A DNA stretch of 56,543 bases, the filler included, from Fonticula-like sp. SCN 57-25 (lineage: Eukaryota), in NCBI GenBank assembly GCA_001724245.1. It is 4 parts of 4 records of this genome, joined end to end, with 100 filler letters (N's around TTAATTAATTAA, not from the genome) between each part and the next. Parts side by side here need not be neighbours in the genome. Positions count along the whole stretch, not along the records: positions 1 to 14,178 come from MEDX01000163.1; positions 14,279 to 28,403 come from MEDX01000164.1; 2 more parts are not named here. One strand, given 5' to 3'. The notes beneath the pieces are model-generated. The model was given only the letters and a program-made list of their open reading frames with translations. It was not told the DNA's origin and ran no database searches. Made by a program: the position numbers and the translations under genes. Each line of letters starts with the position of its first letter. The first letter of the stretch is position 1. Below, piece after piece: positions 11,782 through 24,600 of the stretch.

Positions 11782-14083
11782 TTATGTCGAGGGCCGCCTC
11801 TCCCTGAGCTCGTTTGGCAGCGCGACCGCCGCTGCCGTCGGCATTCCCGAAAACGACCTCATATGGAACATCTGCACGTTGACGCTCCTCCCCTCACTCC
11901 CCCTCCTCGCCGCCTCCTCCGCCACCACTGGCGGCGCGTACAGCGCGAGGTCGTCGGCCGTCTTGACGAGGTCGCCAAGCATTTGCACCGTGTCGGCCGA
12001 AAATCCGTTCTGCTCTGCGACGACGCGCGACACCTTGAGGTCGTCAATCTCGCGCAGCAGCGCCGCCGCAAGTCGCGCGAGGCCGTCCATGTCGCAGTCG
12101 TCGGGCTTGTCGACAGCACTGATGGCGGCGGCGTGCTCGTGAGCGCGTCGAGCGGCGCCGCTGACGCGAGCGAGGCCGGCGAGAAGGTCGGCGCCGGCGG
12201 GGCGGGAGGCGGCGGCGGAGCGCGCGTCGGTGACGGCGGATTGAAGTCGGGTGGAAAAGGTCGAGGCGAGGCGGGCGGTGACGCGCGCTTTGGCAAAGAA
12301 AAGGTGGCCGGCGTTGCTGCCACGGCGGTGCTGCGGAGAGGCCGTCTGAACGCTCACTGGGAGAAAGTCAATAACCGGAAAGCGTGACAAAAGAAGAGAA
12401 TTCGAGCATAGATGTACACGATACAATCACAAAATCATGACATGATCATCAAATTCCATACACAAACCCACACTGAAAACATTTTTGCTGACGTACGAGC
12501 TGGGCTCTGATTGAGCAGCGCGAGCGCATCTGCAAACTCTACCAAGCACGCCTGCCACTGCGCGACCATGCTCCTCATGATCCCCGTGTCGGTCGTGTTG
12601 AGCAGCAGCGGCACCAGCGGCAAAAACGACTTTACCAACCTATGACACGAGCTCGTCACGAGCGACAGCGCCACTTTGAGGGCCACGAGCGCCTCCGCCT
12701 GTGCCGCGCCGCTCGCCGCCGCCTCGCCATTGACGCGCTCGAGCGCCCCAACAAGCTCTGTCATGCGCGCCGAGTGCTCACCGAGCATGCGCCACAGCAG
12801 CCGCGCAGTGTTTGTATTGGTTGATGGCTCGAGCACGTGGACAGTCGCGCGCCATAGCTGCAGCGCCGCCACTAGGATGCCGCGCGACGCTTGTACAAAG
12901 GAATTGTCGGCAGAGGACGGAGTCTGGGGCTGACGAAAGTAGCGCTTAAAGTGGCGCTCGCACTCGGCCACGTCGTCGAGAGGGGACATTGGGGTTTTTG
13001 GAGCCGAGGGGGGGAAGACGAGGGATTGCGACAGCTCGGTGGGGGAAAGGCCAAGTGTCGCTGGGAAATGTAAGCAAATGGGCACGGAATATGAATGAAA
13101 ATGATGCAACAATAGACAGAATATAAATAGAAAACATTCAAAAGCACGACAAAATAACGTATACTAATGTGCAATGACGTACGGCCATCGTGCGAGTCCT
13201 TTATGATTGGCGATGTTGGCATTGAAATGTCATTCCTGGCCGAGACGATCGGCGACCGACCTTGCGTTGGCGACGACTGCATCGAAAAAATACCGCTTCG
13301 CAGGTCGTCCATCGATCTGCGCCGCCCGCCGGCAGAGTTCCTGCGGCCCCCTGCCGTCGGCTCGTCTTCGTCCGACCACTGGTAGTCGCTGTCAAACCCG
13401 CCGCCGTCGTCTCGCAAGGTCGCTACGCGATCGTGAGCGAAAAGAAACAGAGAACAAAAAGCGCACCATTGAGGAGAATGTACTCTTTGAGCTGCGCAAG
13501 CCAGTCGGCCTCTGTGTCGTTCTTTTGCCGCGCTAGGATGTGCTTTGGCGGGTACACGAGCGGGTTGCCCGAGAGGTCGAGATGCTTGAGGCGCGAGTCG
13601 ACGATCGACGCGCCCACCTCTCTTATGCGGTTATACGATATGTCAAGCGACTGAAGGGAGGCGCCCAGTGCTAGAGGAAACTTTTTGAGCTTGTTGTGGC
13701 TAATGTCGATCGACTCGAGCGCCGGCAAGAGATTCAGCTGAGGTGCAAACAGGTGAGCGATGCGGCCAGCCAAAACAGTGCGCGCACCGCTGCGGGAAAC
13801 ACTTTGAAGCGGTTTCGTGACAGATCGATGTGGCGCAGGCAGTAGAGCTGCGACACTTCAAACGGCAGCGACGAAAGCTGGTTCGAGCTCAGGATCATGC
13901 TGCAGCCAAGCATCGCGTCAGTAAGGCATGATGGGGCAGTGAAGCAAGAACGCACCGCGCGAGCGTGTTTTTGAGCTGCTCTATTTCTGGCAAGAGTGAC
14001 TTCAAGTTGAACTTGGATAGGTCAATTTCTACTACTCCTCTTCGCTCAGCCTCCTCCAGGAGCTTGCTTGCACTCGCCCCCAT
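11782..14083 (-). CDS. SOG2: LRR protein with Sog2-like (RAM/MOR network) C-terminal domain, multi-exon
   Basis: The N-terminus MGASASK could be myristoylated. LRR exons end in LDLSGNPLVYPP. Downstream RYFRQ...ASRGILVAALQL and DTGIMRSMVAQWQACLVEF resemble conserved blocks of fungal Sog2. Exon boundaries are approximate. Confidence 0.6.
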
Positions 14084-14178
14084 TGTCAGATCGCGTCGCA
14101 GGTACGCTCAATCTTGTTTTGCCCAGCAATTCCTTACTTCCAAATCGGGACAGTGCAAATTTGCAAATTTGATGATCG

Positions 14179-14278
14179 NNNNNNNNNNNNNNNNNNNNNN
14201 NNNNNNNNNNNNNNNNNNNNNNTTAATTAATTAANNNNNNNNNNNNNNNNNNNNNNNNNNNNNNNNNNNNNNNNNNNN
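14179..14278. other. Artificial contig-joining linker
   Basis: 44 N + TTAATTAATTAA (stops in all six frames) + 44 N. Confidence 0.99.
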
Positions 14279-14580
14279 ACCTGCGCATCGACGACTTCGG
14301 CAGTGACGTTCTTCCAGCCGGATGTTGCGGCGAGATTCTTGACAATCTCGACCATTCCCGGTGCATAGTCGGTCGCGAGGATGCTAGCGTCCGGCCAGCG
14401 CGTGGCAGCCATCCGCGTCATCATGCCGGCGCCGCACGCCACATCAAGAACGTTCTTGGGCTCGTGCTCGGCCACGGCGCTAAACAACTGGTCCGCAATA
14501 GGCTTGATGAACCCAGACGAAATGGCTTCGTAGTCGCCGGCGTGGTCGGACCACGACTGCGAGTCACCAACAGCAGGCAT
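14279..14580 (-). CDS. Class I SAM-dependent methyltransferase, 3'-truncated at the contig end
   Basis: Motif I VLDVACGAG, post-I ILATDYAPGM and VVDAQ, followed by a GT donor at the contig edge. Confidence 0.85.
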
Positions 14581-14903
14581 CTTGAGGCAGGGGAAGGGAG
14601 GGAGAGAGAAACGCGGGAGCGCCACCGATGACGAATCACGTTTTATAGTTCCGATGTCCGCATATGGTGCAATTATCAAAATGACGACTGTCTAATTGTT
14701 CCGGTTTGTATGGTGGATTTATCAGCATAAGTGGATTGCCACGTCCACAAAACGGATCTATGTGGGCACTTTGGGCGCCAAGGAGCAAAATTTGAATAAT
14801 GTGATAAAAGTGTATCTCGGCAAAGATGTTATTAAAGCGAATAGATAGATAAGATGATAATAGGGAATGATGACGAGGGAATCCTGAGTGTCGTCGCAAA
14901 GGT

Positions 14904-17900
14904 CTAGACGGTGAGCATGATGTTGAGCTCGCGGCTATGCACGCGGCTGAGCTCCATTTCCTCATGCTCGTCGTCGAGCGCCTTTGCGTCGAGGTGCGCC
15001 TCATCGGGAACCTCACTGTTGTACAGGCGGAAACGCCGGCGGATACCTCCCTTGGCCAGTTTGTACAGCTCGGACAGCGCCACAAAGAGGATGGAGAATC
15101 CGACCACCATGCCCCACTCCCAGCTGATGGGAGCCTGGCGGAAGAGCTCGGTGTTGATGTAAGGAATGTACACGACGGGGAAGAGGGCCAGAATACTGCA
15201 GACAACCACGTAAAAGAGGGAGCGGTTGTCGTTGAAATGCATCTTAAAGATCGACTTGTTAATGTCGCGGCAGTTGTAGGCGTGCAGAAGCAGGAGAATG
15301 CAGTGCGTGGTGAACGCCGCAGCGCGCGCGCGGTACACGGCGTCGCAGCCTGGCGGCGTCATCGAGTGGTTGCAGCCAGTGGCGTCGAACGAGCCGGTCG
15401 GGAGGGCGGCAATGACAATCACAAAGGTCGACAGGACAATGGCGCCCATGATGACGCCGTACGCAAAAGTATCAATAATCACTTCGTTGCTAAACACCAC
15501 GCGCTTGGTGGAGCGCGGAGGGCGCTCCATGATGCCGCGCATAGACTTTTCCAGGCCGAGGCAGATGGCCGGACCGGACGACGTAATCAGGTTCATCCAC
15601 AGAATCTGCAGTGCCGACATCGGGAACACAATATCGCCGGACTGCCCGACAAGGCCGAGGCCAACAACGAGGACAATCACCTGCGAAACGTTGCCGCTCA
15701 GCAAGTGCAGCGTAAACTTGCCAATGTTGGCAACAATGCGGCGGCCCTCGGAAACGGCGCGCACAATCGTAGCAAAGTTGTCGTCGGTCAGCACAACGTC
15801 GGCCGCCTGCTTGGTCACGTCCGTGCCGCCGTGGCCCATGGCGATACCGACGTCGGCGTGCTTAACGGCGGGCGCATCGTTCACGCCGTCGCCTGTCATC
15901 GCGGCGATGCGGTCGCGCCGGTGAAGCGCCTGGATGAGCTTCACCTTGGTCTCGGGCGCGCAGCGAGCAATGACGTGCGGCAGCTCGGGCATCGCGTCAA
16001 TCTCCTCCTCGGTCATCGCGTCAAACTCGCGCGCCTCGAGCACCACGCCGCCCTCTTGCAGGATACCAATGCGGCGAGCAATCGCCGCGGCCGTGCGCGG
16101 GTGATCGCCAGTAACCATGTGTACAACGATACCGGCGTGCATGCATTTTTCCACGGCAGGAGCGCTCTCCGGACGAGGCGGGTCCTCCAAGCCAACAAGG
16201 CCGCAAAAGATCCAGTCAGACTCCATCGCAGCGCGGTCATCGATCGTGATCGGCGTCATCACATCCTTGTCCTCGCGGTATGCAAATGCGAGCACGCGGA
16301 GCGCCTGGTCGGCGTAGTCGCGCGTCACCTTGAGCACGCTCTCGAGCACATCGGGCGTCATCTCGACCACGCGGCCGTCGGCGTCAACAATGCGCGAGCA
16401 CCGCTCGAGTACGACCTCAGCCGCGCCCTTGCCGCTCAGCAGGCGCAGCTCCTCGCCGTCGCGCTCAATTCGGGAGATGACAGTCATGCGCTTCAGCGTC
16501 GCCTCGAACGAAAACTCGGTCTCGTACTTGTGAGTGGTCGCTTGCAGCCTATTTTTATACGCGTCAGCTAAAAAGGGTGCGCAGCAATGAGGGCGCGTAC
16601 TCATCCTTGTTGAGGCCGCTATCGATGCCGGCGCTGAGCAGCGCGGTTTCGGTGGGATCGCCAGTGAGGAAAGGCTCGCCGTCCTTTTCAATCACCGAAG
16701 CAGTGTTGTTGAGCGTGCAGCCAAGGAGAAGGTTGGCCAAGCCAGCATGAGACGTCTCCCCAAACTTTGGCGTCCCCTTGGCGTCGCGAAGGTCCACCTC
16801 GCCAAGCGTGGTCCAGAAGACTGTGGCGGTCCTTCAACGGGTGAGCATTGGGGGTTGATCAGGGCGGCCAGAGAGGGATGAACGTACATTTGGCCCAGCG
16901 TAAGCGTGCCGGTCTTGTCGGAGCAAATGTCGGTGACGCAGCCGAGCGACTCGAGGGCGTTCATGCGGCGGACCACAGCACGTTCGCGCGCCAGCGTGCG
17001 AATGGCAACCGAAAAGGTAATGGTGAGGACGGCGGGAAGCGCCTCGGGAATCATGGCGACGGCGAGAGACAGGGCGTACAGCAGCACCTCGGTGGTGAGG
17101 TTGAAGCTGCTCACGGCAAAGACAATAAGAGCCAGGATGATGGCGCCGACCTATACATAACTATCTTAGCATGGCGCACTCACTGGGAAACACACTCTCG
17201 TACCAACAGCCACAGCATGAGAAAGTTCATCTGGCGCTCGAGCGCGGTGGTAGACTTGCCCTCGGATGACGCAATGGACGCGGCAATCTTGCCAATCTCG
17301 GTGTTCATGCCGGTGGCGACGACCACGCCGCGCCCGCGTCCAACCATAACCACAGTGTTCTTAAAGCCCATACAAAGCCGGTCGCCGAGCGGAACATCCG
17401 CGTCGGGAAGGATCTTGGTGTTCTTGCGTACAGGAAGGGACTCGCCGGTAAGCATGGCCTCATCAACGCCAAGGTTGACAGCCTCGAAAAGACGGATGTC
17501 GGCCGGGATTTGGTCCTATGACATAGAAAATCAGTTTTGAACTCAACCAAAAGCGGGTCAACGCACTCCCTCGCGAAGCACGACGATGTCGCCCAGGACG
17601 ACCTGCACGGCGGGGACGTCCATCTCCTCGCCGTTTCGAATAACGTGCGCAATCGGCGACGACATGCGCCGGAGCGCATCCAAGGTTTTCTCAGAGCTAT
17701 ACTCTTGCGCAACCGAAATGGAGGTGTTGGCGATAATGATTACGCCAACCACTACGGCCTCGACCACGTCGCCGGCGACGGCGCTCAGGACCACGGCAGC
17801 CGCCAGAACAAAGTTCATCGCATTAAAGATGTTGCGCAGCAGCATCTTCAAAAAGTGAGCTTGGCCGCTCCCCGTGAGCTCATTGGGCCCATAACGCCCG

Positions 17901-18043
17901 AGCCTTTCGGTAACCTCATGCGTCTGGAGACCAGTCTTGATAGAGACATTGATATTCTCGTCTCGAATAATATCTTCAACGGCGCGCGTGTGCGCCTGCA
18001 CAGTTTCCACATGAACAGAATCTACATTTCGACCACCAACCAT
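14904..18043 (-). CDS. ENA1: P-type ATPase, type IID (ENA-type Na+/K+ efflux pump), multi-exon
   Basis: YGPNEL, LTGESLPV, IPEALP, CSDKTGTLT, MVTGDHP and MTGDGVNDAP motifs. ENA-like TM5-6 (NIGKFTLHLLSGNV; VFPMSALQILW) and YRARAAAF. The start codon is uncertain. Confidence 0.82.
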
Positions 18044-19045
18044 CACGTAAGCGAGCTCGGCAGATTTGTGATTTCAAATGTGGAAAGGGGAAGACGCCGG
18101 GAGGGAGGCGGGCGAAGCGAAAGTAAAAAGCGACACGTCACAACCCGGTACACATAGTTTGTAGATCCCTTCCCATTGGCCGATGGCCCAAAAAGGAAAC
18201 AGTGTGATTGAGGCAGATGAATCGTTATCTTATGTGTGCGGGGCGGGGGCCGAGGGGTCGGAAGGGGGAGGGCGCTTTGAAATGTGAAGTCACAATGACA
18301 AAAAGGGGGCAAAAGGCACCAAAAGAGGTACATTGCAGCTTATTCTGACGCAGGGCTTGGCCATGAAACCACTTCCGTAGCGCGGGAGCCGCGGCGTGAT
18401 GCGCGGCTTGACGCCAGATTTATCTCGGGATCCCGAAAATTTCAGCGTAGAAAAGTGAAAACTATGTAAGGCAAAATGCAGGAAAAACTTGACTGGGCTT
18501 GAGCCGTGATGCTTTTGCTGTTCAGCTCGGCATCTGCGCGCATCTGCCGAGGGCTGCTATATCCGTGTTCTATATTATCATGTCTACATAGTCTTTATTG
18601 TGAGGGATGGCGCGAAGGAATTAGAAATTGATATTTGCATGAGGCCGAGTTTTGCTTTGATCTATTTATTCTTTGCCGTTCCTTTTGAAGCGAGTCGGAG
18701 CTCAAGAGCGACATGCGCGGCTCCTATTTACCTATTGCTGATACCATTCTAGTGTACCGCAAAAAAACCGCTCTACTAATACTGTCTTATCATCGCCATT
18801 TTATTTAAAGCTCATTATGCAATGGTGCAAACACGCTCACAGGTCGTCAGCTGACGCGCTTGCTGTCCACCTGCCGTCCACACTTCCGGTCCACCTCAGT
18901 CATCGATAATATTACCTATTAAGGAAATGATGACACACACCTTCCAAATTGAGGCTGCTTTTTTCCATAATCGTACGACCCCTTCACAGACCCCGCCGCC
19001 GCCGACCAACAAACACGCTTCGCGGAAAGATCTGCGCGAGTAAAG

Positions 19046-20164
19046 ATGGCGGGCCGTTTAAAGGAACTAATAGTGGCCGTTGTGCTTGTGCTCGGCCTGT
19101 GGTGCGCGGGTATCCTTGTGAATCCTGCCATGTCGAGCCCGCAGATGAACGAGGGGCGTGATTGCTGCCCGGCGTCCCTTCAGCAGGTGGTGAAGGGCGA
19201 CGGCGAGCGCCTCGACTGCCCGGTCACCACGGCGGTTGACCTTTCCACCACTCTTTCGACGCTCGATCTCGGCCCTGGAGATCGCCTTGTTCTCTACCGC
19301 AATTCGCAGCCCTACTACCATCAGACCCAGCTTCCGCACGAATGGATGATTGTCAAGTCGATCACGACCCCTGCCTTTTTCCAGGTCATTGGCGACCCGC
19401 AGCAGGATCAGTTTGTGAGCAGCATGCTGTGGGACGGCTGGTACGAGGGCCCGCTCTCCGAGACCATGCTCCACCTGTTCAAGGAATGCGATCCCAAGGC
19501 CAAGCGCTTCCTTGATGTCGGCATGAATCTCGGCTGGTTCTCGCTTCTCGCTGCCTCGCAGGGCTATGAAGTGGCCTCTTTCGAGCCGCAGACGCGCCTC
19601 GTACAGATGGTGCGCCACTCGGTCACGCTCAACAACTACGGCTCGCGGATCCACATCCACAATGGCCCCGTCGGTCCCGACGACGAGACGGTCGTCCTGC
19701 ATGAGGCGAGCGGCAACTGGGGCGGCGCGTCGGTCAAGGCGGCGGCGGACGGCGCCCAGAACGGCATGAAGACCATCTCGCTCGACACTGCCATGTCGCT
19801 GCTCGACAAGGGCATGTGGGCTCACGGCGAGAAGCCGCTCTACCCTGGTGCGCCCATCTGCTTCATGAAGGTCGACGTCGAGGGGTTCGAGCCCGAGGTC
19901 TTTGCCAACGCGCCCGCCACCCTCGGTATTACGCAGTACGTCGTCATCGAGTTCCGCCGGAACAACAGCGGGTACTCGGCCGTCAAGCACCTGGTGGACA
20001 ACGGGTTCAACCGCTTCCTCATCATGGACGACCTCTGCTGTAAGGACCGCGCATCGCCGTTCCTCAGCTCGGGTGAGGTCACCGACTCGATCGAAAAGAT
20101 CGTCGCCAAAATGTCTCACGTCTCGCAAGACTCTTACGTGAACTTGCTGCTCTACCGCGCGTAA
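19046..20164 (+). CDS. FkbM-family methyltransferase with N-terminal signal/anchor, intronless
   Basis: FLDVGMNLGWFSL, VASFEPQ and FMKVDVEGFEPEVF motifs, plus a hydrophobic N-terminus. Confidence 0.85.
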   Translation: MAGRLKELIVAVVLVLGLWCAGILVNPAMSSPQMNEGRDCCPASLQQVVKGDGERLDCPVTTAVDLSTTLSTLDLGPGDRLVLYRNSQPYYHQTQLPHEWMIVKSITTPAFFQVIGDPQQDQFVSSMLWDGWYEGPLSETMLHLFKECDPKAKRFLDVGMNLGWFSLLAASQGYEVASFEPQTRLVQMVRHSVTLNNYGSRIHIHNGPVGPDDETVVLHEASGNWGGASVKAAADGAQNGMKTISLDTAMSLLDKGMWAHGEKPLYPGAPICFMKVDVEGFEPEVFANAPATLGITQYVVIEFRRNNSGYSAVKHLVDNGFNRFLIMDDLCCKDRASPFLSSGEVTDSIEKIVAKMSHVSQDSYVNLLLYRA

Positions 20165-20230
20165 TAACTTGTTTTGTGACCTTTTTGTTTATTGTAACAA
20201 TACAAAAATCAGGACGCCCATCAGCCGCTC

Positions 20231-21481
20231 TTACCGAACATACGTCGCGTCAATCTGCACCAAAGACGGCAGCGCGAGCTTGACCTTGAGGCGGTACTGC
20301 GGGTCCCGCTGCAGCGGGTTGCCCTCGAGGTACACCGTCTTGAGGCCGGGCGCGGCCAGCAGCTCGGCGAGGTCCCGCCAGTTGGACAGCTGGTTGTGGT
20401 TGCACCAAAACTCCTCGAGCTTGGTCAGCTTGGACACGTTGGCGATACGGGTGATCTGGTTGTGGCCAAGATCGAGCGTCTGCAGGTTGACCTACCGCGC
20501 CGCGCCAGTCAGCACAGCAAAAGCGGGTAAGTGCGCACATTGTTGTCCAGGCCAGAGATCTCCGTCAAGCCGTTGTGGCTCAGGTAGAGCTCCTCGAGAT
20601 TGACGAGGGCCTCCAGGCCGCGGATCTCGGTGATGCGGTTGCTCTGCAGGCTCAAAAGGCGAAGGTTGGAGAGCGCCGAAAGTCCCTATTTCACGTCTAA
20701 GTAACATTTTGGAAAGAGATACACACATACGTTAATCTCTGTGAGTTTGTTGCGGGCGAGCCAGAGCTCCTGCAGGCTGTTCAAGTGCGACACGTTCTCG
20801 ATCACCTGCGCGGATGGTGAGCAAGCGGCACAAGAGTCTGCCCCGGCGTACACGAATGCGGTTATGCGCAAGCTCGAGCGTTCGCAGAGCCACCTGGTTG
20901 TCCAGGCCCTCGATGCGGCCAATCTTGTTCGAGATGAGGTAGAGCGCCTCGAGGTGGGAGAGCTTGTCCAGGTGCTCGATGGCGCGGATTTTGTTAAACG
21001 ACAAGTCGAGTTTCCTACATAAAACAGTTTAGCAACAAGTAGGCAAAGGGGTAGGACGAACGTTAGCTGCGGCGCGGCGTCGAGGTTGTCGCCCATTGCG
21101 GTGATGAGGTTATCGTAGAGGTCCAGGTCAGTCAAGGATGTCATCGTTTCCAGACGCTCGATGGCCTTGAGACGGTTCTTGCGCAGCGACAGAGACGTCA
21201 GCGACTTGAAATTGCTGCAGTCGGGGATGTGGCGGATCTTTTGGTTGATAAACACCAGATCCTGCAGCGAGCATTGTCAGCGCACAACAACCACATCGTG
21301 CACATACCTCGGTATCCAAATCCTCATCCTCCAGGTCGCACTCGCCGTCGTCCTCCTCCTCCACCTCCTCTACCTCCTCCTCGTCGTTCGAAGGAACGTC
21401 GTCGCCCTCGCCCTGCTCGTCCACCTTGCGGACCTCGTCCGCTTCCGCGGCGTCGGCGATCGGCTTTGTCATGGTCTCCAT
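20231..21481 (-). CDS. SDS22: Protein phosphatase 1 regulatory subunit 7 (Sds22), multi-exon
   Basis: Acidic N-terminus and SDS22-type LRRs (LDLYDNLI, LYLISNKIGRIEGL, LWLARNKL). C-terminal LRR cap TVYLEGNPLQRDPQYRLKVKLALPSLVQIDAT. Confidence 0.92.
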
Positions 21482-21643
21482 CCTCAACAAAAGACGCAAA
21501 CTGCAAACTGCAAACTGAACGTTCTCCTTCCAAACAACTCGGGCGCAGGCCAACCGGACCTGAGGGACGACATTGGCCGCCGATCCGGTTGGCAGCTCCC
21601 CTGGTAACGTTACACGCGTACTTGCGCGCTGTGGAATAGCACG

Positions 21644-24600
21644 ATGAGCGGGCTTGACCTCTTTCTACAGAGCGAGCTCAACGTGCTTGGAACCGAGGCC
21701 AAGAAAAAGTTCCAGAACATCAAGGACGCCGCAGACAAGGTGATCGCCCTGTTGCGTGTTCTCAAGGCACAAGCCGTCGAGCACAATGTGGACGTCGCAG
21801 TCGGTATGGCCCACTATATCTCTTGGCGCTGTAGTAACGTCGGTGCCTTGCTTGGTCCATCTTTGCAGAAATCTTTAAAAAGGACGAGGTCATGCTGCCG
21901 TTCCTGCTTTCGTTCGAGACCAAGCAGCCTCGCCTCGTAGCCATCTCGATGAACTGCGTCCAAAAGATGATCATGAACGGGGCGGTGGCCGAGAGCTCGC
22001 TCGCGACCATCATATCTGTAATGAGGGACGATGCCGAGTTTGGGCAAGACATCCAGCTAAAGATCCTCCAGACGCTGCTGCCGCTCCTGACGAGCTACCC
22101 TTCGATCACCGGCCTACTCCTGGGCGAGGTCCTCCTCATCTGCCTCCGCCTCTACAGCGCAAAGCTGCCCGTTGTGAGCAACACCGCGGCGGCGACACTG
22201 GAGCAGCTCGTGATCTGCTGCTTTGACAAGGTCGTCACCGAGCTGCAGGGCGCGGATGCCGGCACTGAGACGTCGGAGAGCTTCACCAACATTGCCTCTG
22301 CGCAGGCCACGCTCAAGCCATTTGCAAAGGATGCATTTTTGCTGTTCCAAGACATTTGCCTGCTAACCAATGGAGATGCGCCAGAGTGGCTCAAGATCGG
22401 CGCCATCCCTCGGCCCTTTGGCCTCGAGCTCGTCGGCGCGGTCCTCGCCGCCCACCACCAGACATTCGCCAGGGCATGCGATTTACTTTTATCCGCATTA
22501 TATTACTAACTTATGCACGTCATATAGCACAAGGCGTTCCACACGCTGCTGCGCGACCGCGTGTGCCCGATGGTGATCAAGACGTTCAGCGACCGCTCGC
22601 AGTACCGCCAGACGGTTCGCCTGCTGCGCGTCATGAGCGTGCTCATCACCGAGCTCTACGACATTGTGGTACGTGGCGCATGCTTTTCTGATGTGGTCTA
22701 AGCGACGCCAGACGATGGAGTGCGAGGTATTTCTGCTCATGCTCATCAAGACGATCGAGGCGCCGGCAGACGGGCCCGCGTGGCCGCGCATCCTGGCGCT
22801 CGAAATGTTCCGCAAGTTTAGCGCTGACATGAATGTTGTCATGTACGTCTCTTTTTATACCGCCTGGCGCTCCTCTTATAAGCTCTGCTGACCGCCCCGC
22901 CTCGCCAGGCTCATCTACCGCCACTATGACAAGCAGAACACGACGACCCTCTTTGCAGACATTACCAAGATGTGCGCGCGTATTGTTGACACGCAGTTCA
23001 AGGTTGACTCTTCGTCTTCGTCGTCGTCCGACCAGCTGAGCCTCCCCGTGCTCAAGGTGGCGTGCCTCGACCAGCTGGACAAGTCGGACACGCCCTCCGT
23101 CCCCGACAACTACGCGGGCGGCCTCGCGCTCAGCATCCTGCTCAATGTTGTTGACGGCATGAGCGCCCGCGTGCTGCCCGTGTTCTTTGAAGGTGGGAAT
23201 CAGCCGTCGCTGGTCGACGGCGTCATCGCGCCGAGCCTATCGGCCGAGCAGCGCGAGTCCGTCAAGGAGATTGGCGAAATGGTTGTCGCCTGCTGGCCCA
23301 GCGTCCTTCAGGCGATATCGGCCTTGCTTAACCGCACATCCCCCAACGACGAGGCATTTAATATGGTTCTCTTCAAGGCCGTCCAGAACATTGCGACGCT
23401 CTCGGGCGTCCTCGGCCTCGAGGCGCCCCGCGACGCCTTCCTCGCAGCGCTCCGAAAGTACGCGCTGCCCGCCAACGACGATGGTCAGGTCATCGAGTCG
23501 ACCGCCGCATACAGCGAAAAGAACTTTCAGGTACGTGCAGCAGACTATGTGCCTTGTGTTGCTAACGCCCGCGGCAGTCGCTGCAGACGCTGTTCACGGT
23601 CGCCCAGTCGCTCGCGGGCGTGCTGCGGTCGTCGTGGCAGATCGTCTTTGACGCCCTTCAGCAAGTCGACCGCGTGCTGCACCTCGCGTCGGGCGGCGCC
23701 GGCGGGCAGTCGTCGTCGTCAGTGTCGGGCGCCGCGCCGTCGACGCCCATGCGTCCGACGTCGGCGAGCTCGCGCACGGCCATGACGCCGCGCGGGCACC
23801 AGGCGCTCTCGAGGACGGCGAGCAGCGGATCGGTGCGCAGTGCCTCTTTATTTCACTTTTGCTGACAAAATTGCCCACAGGACGCGAATATCCACGTGCT
23901 GCAGTCGTCGATTCGCAACCTGTTTGAGAGCGTCCAGTATCTCTCTGACGACGCGACGGCCGCGTTCCTGCTGAGCCTCTGCCAGATCACGCTGGCGACG
24001 GCCAAGCCCAAGGGCAGCTCTGCCGAGTCGCGCTCGTTTGGCGTCGCCAAGATCACCGAGGCGTCCATGCACATCATTGACCGCCTGCTCGTGGGCGAGT
24101 CCAAGACGTGGGACACGGTCATGGACACGCTCACCGTGCTCGCCGCGTCCGAGGACGCCGGCGTCCGCATGCAGGCCAGCGAGGCGATCACAGAGATCGT
24201 CCACGCGGGCGTCGAAAAGATCGAGTACAAAAAGGTGGAGGCGACACCCGAGCTTCAGGAGCGCCTCCTGAGGCCTCTTTTGACCGCCGCGCGGATACCG
24301 TTTGCGGAAGTGCAGGCGATGCAGCTGCAGATGCTCTACCAGATGCTGCAGACGGGAGGGCATTCGATGACGCACTCGTGGCCGCTCATCCTTGAAGCGC
24401 TATCAAGCGTTGCTGAAAAGGCCGCGCAGCAAAAGCTGAATCCGGCCATCGAATCAACGCTAAAATACGCGTTCCAGTCGCTCCAGGTACGAGTTGACAT
24501 GAAACTGAATATACTTAGAGGAAAGGGAGATATCCGGACTTTTGCTAACCCTACTCGCTAGCTTGTCTGCTCTGACTTTATCATTGCGATGAACTCTGCT

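Noticed and set aside
14179-14278. TTAATTAATTAA palindrome flanked by N runs (also at 28404 and 42508) as a biological repeat
   Set aside because: It is an identical 100-bp construct with stops in all frames, i.e. a contig-joining linker. ORFs running into it are artefacts.
19046-20164. Intronless FkbM methyltransferase as a recent bacterial transfer
   Set aside because: It has host-like GC3-rich codon usage and a secretory-type N-terminus, and the family is common in protists. Nothing here supports HGT without a tree.
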